IMG/VR virus record: IMGVR_UViG_3300025009_000102
Span: 1 to 63,571 of that record
Length of the DNA: 63,571 nucleotides
Direction: 5' to 3' (one strand)
Source of the DNA: a virus
Taxonomy: Duplodnaviria > Caudoviricetes
In this document: positions 56,549 through 63,571 of the stretch, in pieces
Position numbering within the stretch: the stretch's first letter is position 1
How the letters are laid out: each line of letters starts with the position of its first letter
Translations under genes and position numbers: made by a program
The notes under the pieces: generated by a model
Databases searched by the model: none
What the model saw: only the letters and a program-made list of their open reading frames with translations
What the model was told of the DNA's origin: nothing

Positions 56549-57506
56549 ATCATCCCCTCGGTACGTTGGTATTCTTCCAGGCGTCCTTCAGGCCCGCCCA
56601 GATCTCACGGCAACCGAAGATAATGTCCTGGACACCGTCGATGATTACTATACTTATCTGACAGAAGATAAACACTGTCATGCAGGCAACCGCGAGAAAT
56701 GGCATTACCGCCCTTCTGAGCCACATTGGTTTGATATCATATACTGTATATTGCTTCATTGTCTACCTTCCCCTTCCAGGATTGAATTAATCAAAATACT
56801 GCGATGTCCTCAAGCGAGCGGATCAGCTCCTGGATCTTCTTCATCCTGGGATGCGCATTCCAGTATTCCTCGCACGCCACCATGATCATATCCAGTTCCT
56901 TGCTATCGAGAATAATAATCGCCCGCTTCAACTCCTTCCGCTTCTCACTCAGAGCGCCGTATATCATTTCACCCCTCCACCAGGTTACAGCAAAGATCAT
57001 CATAGATCTCTTGCCACGATGCAAAGCTGCAGCCATTAGCCAGCTGAACGACTTTATCCTTATGGAATTCACCGCTATCCAGCATATCCAGGGCATTGAT
57101 CCCAACATCATGGACCATCACGACCAGGTCTGCCAAGTCCCTTGAAAACATGCTCGACAGCTTGATATATTTCCCGAGGGAAACAGTAGTCCAGTTCGGC
57201 CTCATGTCGACCACGATCTTGAAACGCATATTATTCAGATAGAACATATTTTCACCTTATTCCTATATGGAATATTACTTCCAAAAGTACCGTACCAGTA
57301 CGATTACCTTTGCGCCCCATATGCCACCCGCCAGCAATGATGGATTCTCAACCATTCTGATCAGGGCACCGATCTCATCTTTCTCTGAAACCATGTCCCT
57401 ACCATATTCCTCGCAAGACACGAACTCCGGATCACCACGGAGACAGATCTCGTCGTCGACGGAGTGTATGATCTTCCTGGGGCAATTCTCGAAAGATTCG
57501 CTCATC

Positions 57507-57902
57507 TCAATCCTCCAGCACCTTCCTGGTGTATCTCTTGGCACCCTTACCTGCCATATACCACGTTATTGCTACCAGGATTGTTTTGGCGAGCCACGCT
57601 GGCATATTCTTACCTACGGCTATGTTGTAGTATTCCTTATCAACCATAGGCTGCATAGAAGATGGTAGCCAACCCATATTGATATAGTCACACAAGACAT
57701 CATGGACGCAGGAGGCCTTCATGGCATTCTTGGTAGTCAGGCCTATGCCGCTATTACCATCCCACGGATACCACATCAAGATAGTGAGCTGGCCATCTTT
57801 GCGCAGATGCGTCAGCTTGTCCCAGACGGTATAGCCTTTGATGTCGGTCTGCACAGTGAACGACTCGGCGACAACATAGTTGTACCCGCGATAATATTTC
57901 AT
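57507..57902 (-). CDS. DUF1353-like protein
   Basis: Y.WDG.S...AS.VHD.LC...D..Y. Confidence 0.7.
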   Translation of the reverse strand: MKYYRGYNYVVAESFTVQTDIKGYTVWDKLTHLRKDGQLTILMWYPWDGNSGIGLTTKNAMKASCVHDVLCDYINMGWLPSSMQPMVDKEYYNIAVGKNMPAWLAKTILVAITWYMAGKGAKRYTRKVLED

Positions 57903-58468
57903 GATGCCCAGGCCCCGTTGTCTTCGGTGAAGAATTCACGGAGTACCGCCTGCGCCTTATGATATCTCGCCATTCTCCCGGACAGGCGCGATAGCTCGGT
58001 GATCCTGTTGAATCGATATTCACCCTTCATTCTGGGATCTCTCTTGGATACAGCCGCGCAAAACCAGGGGAACCAGTCGTGCGTGCTTGCGTTACAAAGA
58101 TGGTCATACGTTCTCATTCGTGTCCTCCGGATAGTGGTTTTTCATGTACTTCCTTTCCAGCGTGCCCATAGGTGGAAGGTCGAACAGCTTTCGCTTTGAT
58201 CGCGTCTTCGACAGCGCATGATATGCAGCGTTCCCTTCCTTGTCCTTTGTCGTCCGCCCTCTCTTACGTTCTTCACTCATCCCGCACCTCACAGGCTGTT
58301 GAGCCACTCTAAGCCACGGTAATAAACTTCATCGTACACCGGCCTGGGTGGTCGCACCATGCGGACCCGGCCCTTGGCGTCAAGGCGTCTGGTGGCTCGA
58401 TCTTTATTGAGCATAACACGCCTGAAGATGGAAATCAATCTTTTTCTCTCCTGGTCGATCAGCACTGG

Positions 58469-58819
58469 TCAGTCCTCATTGATCCTGCATGGAGAGGGAT
58501 TCTCGTCGAACCTCACCGCCCAGATCGTCTTCTGGCCGTTCATCATAGCCTTCATTACCCGATGCCTGCCGTCCAGGATCTCCCCATCCTCATCCAGGAT
58601 AATAGGGAAGGTTGTGTCTGCAGCGAGTACGGCGTTCATGTGCATCACCAGCTGGCGCAACGACAAGTCCTTATATGAGTACCAGAGATTCAGGCCATCG
58701 AGCGGCACCTCAAATGGCGTCAACTCCTTGGCGAGTTCGATCAACCGGTTGACCGCCCACTCGTGACGACCGCACCTGGCCACCTGGTCTTCAATTTTTG
58801 GAAACTGTGGAACCTTCAT
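58469..58819 (-). CDS. Stand-alone ParB/Srx-like domain protein
   Basis: PIILDEDG.ILDGRHR..KA. Confidence 0.7.
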   Translation of the reverse strand: MKVPQFPKIEDQVARCGRHEWAVNRLIELAKELTPFEVPLDGLNLWYSYKDLSLRQLVMHMNAVLAADTTFPIILDEDGEILDGRHRVMKAMMNGQKTIWAVRFDENPSPCRINED

Positions 58820-59113
58820 AGCGCCCTCGTGTCGACTCAGAAATCGATGATTTTAATACTACGGAGTGACCTGATCTCCCCGACAATACGCTTCGCTTCT
58901 TCGAGCGTTGTTTGACATCTGCAGAACCATTCGCTTTCACATTTCCACCAGCAGAATTTGCCAACCGTAGTTTTCGTGTCGGCATGCCAGGTAACCTTTC
59001 CCGTATTATACGCCTCGATACACAGGAAACGGTGTTCACGCTTCCTGGCCTGGTCCATCTTGGCGACACCGAATTTTCCGTCTGAAAATTGTACGAGTTC
59101 AATTGAATACATG

Positions 59114-59605
59114 TTATATTTTTGACCTCTGGAGATAGAATTGATGAGTCTCTTGGTATGTGCCTGATTCAATATTCTTGCGCACAGCTTCCCGGAATGT
59201 GTCGACAGCATCACCCCGGCTGTCAAATCCGTTGCGGAGCTGCGGCTCTACGAATGTGTTGGTCAATAACCACCACCTGGGGGCCAGGAGCCAGGAGTAC
59301 TTGTCCGCCTTATACATCCTGCTCCTCGGAACCCCGCTATGGACGCAATGACCGGCACAAAGAAGGAAACCCTTGAGGCCGAACAGGTACGATGCGATCT
59401 TTGCACCGCCAACCCAGTGGATCTTCTTCTGTTCGTAATTATCGAGATAGTTCAGACCGAAGTGGCCAATGTCGTGAAGGAATATACAGACGATCTGCCA
59501 GGCTTTCGGCCAGGAGCCATATAGACGACGCCATGCCATAACGACCAGCAAACTATGGACTACGGAATGGCAACCAAACAGGATACTCTTCGTGCCTTGA
59601 GTCAT
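59114..59605 (-). CDS. HD-domain-like protein
   Basis: H...H...IFLHDIGH...H...H...ADK. Confidence 0.65.
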   Translation of the reverse strand: MTQGTKSILFGCHSVVHSLLVVMAWRRLYGSWPKAWQIVCIFLHDIGHFGLNYLDNYEQKKIHWVGGAKIASYLFGLKGFLLCAGHCVHSGVPRSRMYKADKYSWLLAPRWWLLTNTFVEPQLRNGFDSRGDAVDTFREAVRKNIESGTYQETHQFYLQRSKI

Positions 59606-59628
59606 ATTCACCACCCTCGGTGACGATA

Positions 59629-59883
59629 TTACTTATGAGTCTCGATTAACAGCTGAACTGCAGCGATAGACGGCCATATGACACTCTCGTTCGACGGGTT
59701 TCGCATACCGCGAAGGAAGTCAATGATGGCGGTGAATTCTTCGATGGAGTCTTCACACCCAACCATATCCAGTATCACCTTTCGATAATCCTGGCACCGG
59801 CACACCGGCTTACAACACTGACACGGCTTGCCTGAAGATTGGCAGATTTTTTCGGGGAGAAGTTTAGTCTCGGGGTCACTCAT
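59629..59883 (-). CDS. hypothetical Cys-rich protein
   Basis: SD GAGGT. Confidence 0.55.
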   Translation of the reverse strand: MSDPETKLLPEKICQSSGKPCQCCKPVCRCQDYRKVILDMVGCEDSIEEFTAIIDFLRGMRNPSNESVIWPSIAAVQLLIETHK

Positions 59884-59984
59884 TTGTTACCTCATGAAAT
59901 TGATGATTATTTGATCGAGGATGACATAACATACACACCCGTACATTATGCCACCCCATATTATTTCGATAAAATCCTTGAACA

Positions 59985-60560
59985 TTACTCTACAGGCTCT
60001 TCAGCCACCTCTTCCCCCGGTACTTCCGGGGCACCTTCATTGTGACTGTCGATAGTACCGTTTCCCTGGGCATAGCCATCCTGCACCCACGTTCTCTGTT
60101 CTTTGTAAGGCTGAGAGCTGGTGCTGAGATCCTGGGTGAGCGTACCAGTACCGCGATGCTCTGCGGAGTTTCCGACGTTCACGACGTTCTGGTCACCCCT
60201 CAAGACAAGACTACCGGTTGCCCCACCGTTGCCATCGCCATTTTGCGTATAGCGTAAGAGTGTATCGAGCGGCTGATTAAGCGCCCGGACCCAATCCAGG
60301 ACGGAATCAGGTCTATAAAAGTTCTGTTGCCCCATGCCACCGGCGAACGCCATTGCCAACCCGACCTTACATGCGGCGTCATCACCGCACCCAACCATGC
60401 CCTGCGCGAAAGCGGTAAATCTGCTGTTGTTTGATTGTGCTATCTGTTTATTAGTTTCCGAAACGTTGCCGACCAGCTCGATACACCCTGAAAGGCCAAC
60501 AACAACCGCAAAGAGAAAAGCCAACAGCATAGCACCACGCCAACGACCAACACCTTCCAT
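59985..60560 (-). CDS. Lipoprotein
   Basis: Hydrophobic signal + lipobox LSGC; downstream of the endolysin. Confidence 0.75.
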   Translation of the reverse strand: MEGVGRWRGAMLLAFLFAVVVGLSGCIELVGNVSETNKQIAQSNNSRFTAFAQGMVGCGDDAACKVGLAMAFAGGMGQQNFYRPDSVLDWVRALNQPLDTLLRYTQNGDGNGGATGSLVLRGDQNVVNVGNSAEHRGTGTLTQDLSTSSQPYKEQRTWVQDGYAQGNGTIDSHNEGAPEVPGEEVAEEPVE

Positions 60561-60572
60561 AGCAACTTCCCC

Positions 60573-61061
60573 TTATTTTGAATCAATCACACCGTATCGC
60601 AAGTTTTTTGCCATACGCCTCATCCAGCCACTGCAATTTTCTTTTACATTCTTACAACCAGCCATCCAGTTCAATCTGGCGGCGATAATCAACATGATCA
60701 TTTCGTATTCAAGCTTGCCAGCCAGGGCACCCTGGGTTTGAGGGCCTATGACCCCGTCAACGAACACCCCAAGCTCCCTCTGGAGGTGGCGGATAGCTGT
60801 ACCCATTCCGGAGTTTACCCCGAAATCAAGCAGTTGGTACGCTATGCCATCTTCCATTTCACCTAACTTACTTATGAAGTCACAGATATAGATCGCCGAA
60901 GCGTCCTCTATTGTGAGTGAAGCGATATCGAGTTTAGGGTACGACCGCTGACTGATCCCCCACTTTGTGGGACCGCCAACCGGGTCATCCCAGTATCCGC
61001 CCTCGTGACCGAGAATTCTCTTCAAAAACAACTGAACCTGTAGCTGCGTCAGCTTTCCCAT
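60573..61061 (-). CDS. Endolysin, glycoside hydrolase family 108 + PG-binding domain
   Basis: HEGGY..DP.GG.TKWGIS...D.GVNSG...LQ..LGV.VDG.IGP.T...GW..R. Confidence 0.92.
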   Translation of the reverse strand: MGKLTQLQVQLFLKRILGHEGGYWDDPVGGPTKWGISQRSYPKLDIASLTIEDASAIYICDFISKLGEMEDGIAYQLLDFGVNSGMGTAIRHLQRELGVFVDGVIGPQTQGALAGKLEYEMIMLIIAARLNWMAGCKNVKENCSGWMRRMAKNLRYGVIDSK

Positions 61062-61339
61062 ATCTTATTCCACACCTGGGCCAGCTTGCAACACAGCATA
61101 GCCGTCCACTTGTAACGGTGTTCGTGATGCCACGTGCATGACCAGCAAAATGTAAGTTTCTGTTTTACCATTGTTTTACCAAGTTGGGCCGCGCCTTCTT
61201 TACGACGCGACCCGAGTCAGGTAGCGAATCCGACTACACAAAGCCTCGGCGGCGTTATGTCAATCTCATTTAGAAACAATATAACATACTGAAAGGAAAA
61301 GCACACAGAAAAAAAGTTTGCACGATGTTATTTTTTTTC

Positions 61340-61368
61340 TTGACCTGGCCGGACGCCGGGTGTAAGGT
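61340..61368 (+). promoter_or_regulatory. Early promoter
   Basis: T-tract, then TTGACC-17-TAAGGT. Confidence 0.75.
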
Positions 61369-61387
61369 GAAGGTGAGAGTAGAGATG

Positions 61388-61650
61388 GACCCGGAGAGAG
61401 GCCGGAAGACGAAAAGGAGCCAATGCCACCAGGTAAGCCCGGAAGAGAGGACCGATCAGGCAGGTCGGGTGGTACGGGTCAACATCCCCCTCACGAAAAT
61501 ACTGCCACTTTGGTGTCTTCGGTCAGTGCCGTGTCACGTACACGAAGTGTATCAGTCATTCTGCTGGCCCTAACGGCTGGTACATAAGGTCAGCCAGCAT
61601 GGGGGTTGCGCACCCCTGTCCAAGTGTGGCGCACACGGCATTGATCGAAG
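61388..61650 (+). ncRNA. Long structured leader/ncRNA
   Basis: GACCCG/CGGGTC domain, then an 18-bp helix 61517-61534 / 61633-61650 with two G-U pairs enclosing several hairpins. Confidence 0.55.
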
Positions 61651-61677
61651 CTACTAAAACACGCTGGAGGAATCGCC

Positions 61678-61860
61678 ATGACATATGAAGAGAGGATCAA
61701 CAAAATCATCGCAGCTTACGAAAAACTTGGACTCACTGAAGCAGACTTCTTTTCGGCATACGAAAACGCCATGTGGCATCAACCGAAAGAGTACGACGGG
61801 ACGGAAGAATTTTTTAAGGTTTATGAAGCGTCTTGCGACTCTGCGCTGGAGAGCAAATAA
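61678..61860 (+). CDS. Early hypothetical acidic protein
   Basis: SD GGAGG. Confidence 0.75.
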   Translation: MTYEERINKIIAAYEKLGLTEADFFSAYENAMWHQPKEYDGTEEFFKVYEASCDSALESK

Positions 61861-61874
61861 CACTTGGAGGATCT

Positions 61875-62219
61875 ATGCTACACTACTACAAATATAGGGC
61901 AGTAAGCAATAGGATGGAGGTCGCGGTTGATTTCGGACTGCTCGACAGCCGGGGGCGAAAAATAGGCGCTATTATTTCACGGTACGAGGTCGATGTAATA
62001 GAGATGCCGCCAGGGTCGACGGGCGGAATGCGCTTCAGAAGCCCCAGGATCGGTGTCGGTGTCTGGCCGGTTGGCGCGGTACAGATGACCAGGGATGGTA
62101 AAAGCTACGGTGCCAGTTTTCATAGCGAAGTATTCAGCACCAGCGAAGAACGGGAAGCGCATATCGAGCGCAGGCTGGCCGATATGAAAAAGAGAATGAT
62201 AAAAAAATTTGGAGTGTGA
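61875..62219 (+). CDS. Early hypothetical protein
   Basis: SD GGAGG; D..GR.IG...Q.TRDGK.YGA. Confidence 0.75.
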   Translation: MLHYYKYRAVSNRMEVAVDFGLLDSRGRKIGAIISRYEVDVIEMPPGSTGGMRFRSPRIGVGVWPVGAVQMTRDGKSYGASFHSEVFSTSEEREAHIERRLADMKKRMIKKFGV

Positions 62220-62222
62220 ACC

Positions 62223-62390
62223 ATGAGCTACATTGACAAAATCATCGCCTTTGAAAGTGGCGAAATGGACGACGATGAAATAATTGAGTTTTTCCAGGAG
62301 ATCATCGACGACGGAACCGTGTGGCACCTTCAAGGCTCGTATGGACGGTTGGCCAGTGATCTGATCAGTACCGGTGATTGCACACCATGA
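62223..62390 (+). CDS. 55-aa early protein (not in the ORF track)
   Basis: MSYIDKIIAFESGE...FQEIID.G.VW.LQGSYGR.A..LI; SD GGAG. Confidence 0.75.
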   Translation: MSYIDKIIAFESGEMDDDEIIEFFQEIIDDGTVWHLQGSYGRLASDLISTGDCTP

Positions 62391-62468
62391 CAATCTCTGA
62401 ACCAAGGCGGGGGCGAAAGTCCCTGCCGGTAGTTGAGCGATTGATATTAATTTAACAAGGTGGTGGCT

Positions 62469-62651
62469 ATGAAGTATAAAGCGATGGTTATTATTGTAAG
62501 AGACAACAGGAGAATCTGGGTAGAGATCCAGCCTTTCGGCGGGACGATCAGGTTCTCTACCGTCAGTGATGCCGACGCCTTCTGTAGGGACTACCGGAAA
62601 CGGTACGGCATACCGGCGAGGGAAATCAAAGTAGAGGAGATCGGGCCATGA
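62469..62651 (+). CDS. Early hypothetical protein
   Basis: SD AAGGTGG. Confidence 0.6.
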   Translation: MKYKAMVIIVRDNRRIWVEIQPFGGTIRFSTVSDADAFCRDYRKRYGIPAREIKVEEIGP

Positions 62652-62860
62652 GGTACTACGAAGCAGAGCGCAAAAGCTATAAAAACTGGGCGGTTGTCCT
62701 TCGCGACTCCAAGAAGGGAGAGGTCGTTCAAGAACTCGCCAACGGTTTCAGGGTCCGCATGGATGCAGTCCGCTGGGGTCGAGAGCGGGGTATTGCTTTC
62801 ACATCCCATTCAAACTTTGCCGAGGAGACAGAAAGCCATGGCGCAAACAGTTGTGGGTAG
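62648..62860 (+). CDS. Early hypothetical protein
   Basis: SD GAGGAG, ATGA overlap. Confidence 0.6.
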   Translation: MRYYEAERKSYKNWAVVLRDSKKGEVVQELANGFRVRMDAVRWGRERGIAFTSHSNFAEETESHGANSCG

Positions 62861-63047
62861 AATGTTGAGTGGTGATGAGGTCCAGGAGTTAATCTTTCTC
62901 AAGAGAGCGAACCCTGGTAAGGTTGTCTGGGGATGTATCAACCCGGATAATGATAATTTCAAGGCGCACGTTGACCTGGATAATTCGTTAATGTGGCTGG
63001 CCGCAACGATAGGCTTTCAGGTCTACAACGTGCAGGAGGAGTTATGA
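62838..63047 (+). CDS. Early hypothetical protein
   Basis: SD GAGGAG. Confidence 0.6.
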   Translation: MAQTVVGRMLSGDEVQELIFLKRANPGKVVWGCINPDNDNFKAHVDLDNSLMWLAATIGFQVYNVQEEL

Positions 63048-63265
63048 GTCAGTTTTGGATGCCAACAATTACCCAGCGGATTAGGACACACCAGTCGATG
63101 CTGGCGTACTACAGAGGACAGATCGTCGACCTGCAGGTTGAGGCGTGCCAGTCCCTCGATGTTAACGAGGTGCGTATGCTCGCTGGCACTATCGAGTGTT
63201 ACCGAGAGCTGGCGGACGAAGAGATCGAGAGGCACGAAGAATTTATGAGCGGAGGTTCGATATGA
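63044..63265 (+). CDS. Early hypothetical protein
   Basis: SD AGGAGG, ATGA overlaps. Confidence 0.65.
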   Translation: MSQFWMPTITQRIRTHQSMLAYYRGQIVDLQVEACQSLDVNEVRMLAGTIECYRELADEEIERHEEFMSGGSI

Positions 63266-63571
63266 GAACGAGTGTGCAGGTTTTTAAGGACCGGCTGAAT
63301 GGTAGCGAGTCGCACGACTGCGGCGTGATCGTCATGGCGGTAAATACCACGGCGAGGGCCGATTATGAGCTGAACTTCATGGTCAAGAGGTTTGGCAGCA
63401 ATGCAACCGTCAAGCAGCTGCAGGGGTGCTGGGAAGGTAAGCAGGAGGTGTCCTACGCAATCATCCCCTTCCCCGGCCAGGAAGGAGTAGTTGGCGACAT
63501 AGCCCGTGAGATCGCCGATGAGCATAAGCAGGATAGTATCCTGTGCCTCTCTCCGTCGAACCGTAATAACG
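63262..63571 (+). CDS. SAM lyase/hydrolase-like protein (T3 gp0.3 SAMase family), 5' part; continues across the junction to 355 (149 aa)
   Basis: ATG at 63262 after GGAGG, in frame with ORF 23..355; GCWEGKQEVS...EHKQDSIL...GVWQAVP...WTRDGGTFYVVK parallels T3 SAMase GCY..EE..EQDCVL..GSFQEVP..FTIDEFG..WQVQ. Confidence 0.7.
   Translation, partial: MRTSVQVFKDRLNGSESHDCGVIVMAVNTTARADYELNFMVKRFGSNATVKQLQGCWEGKQEVSYAIIPFPGQEGVVGDIAREIADEHKQDSILCLSPSNRNN
63357..63571. repeat. Terminal direct repeat, right copy
   Basis: Matches 1-215 with one mismatch. Confidence 0.97.

Noticed and set aside
1-63571. Genome-wide stop-codon reassignment
   Set aside because: TGA, TAA and TAG all terminate well-formed genes; I noticed only one internal TGA (6371) and no suppressor tRNA.

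Overview
This looks like a complete, circularly permuted dsDNA tailed-phage genome. Bases 1-215 repeat at 63357-63571 with one mismatch, giving a unit length of about 63,356 bp. The gene set is podovirus-like: N4-gp56-type major capsid, portal, PBSX-type TerL, tail tubular A/B-like proteins, two paralogous tail fibres, ejection proteins and a 3517-aa polyvalent protein. It also carries a primase/helicase pair, a Sak/Rad52-YqaJ-SSB-RuvC recombination block, split lysis genes and one tRNA. I saw no integrase, repressor, DNA polymerase, RT or CRISPR. The top leads are: (1) small ORFs between terS and terL that appear to be built from fragments of capsid, portal and terminase, possibly decoys against pattern-recognition defences; (2) a 59-aa antisense gene with its own sigma70 promoter and SD nested inside the giant gene, directly behind a RelA/SpoT-like domain, a candidate immunity gene; (3) a YbcO/DUF1364 gene with an in-frame TGA at a conserved Cys followed by a SECIS-like hairpin; (4) three Cys-containing late genes with signal peptides; (5) a SAM-lyase-like early gene spanning the contig ends; (6) several structured RNAs. 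All family assignments come from motif recognition by eye; no searches were run.
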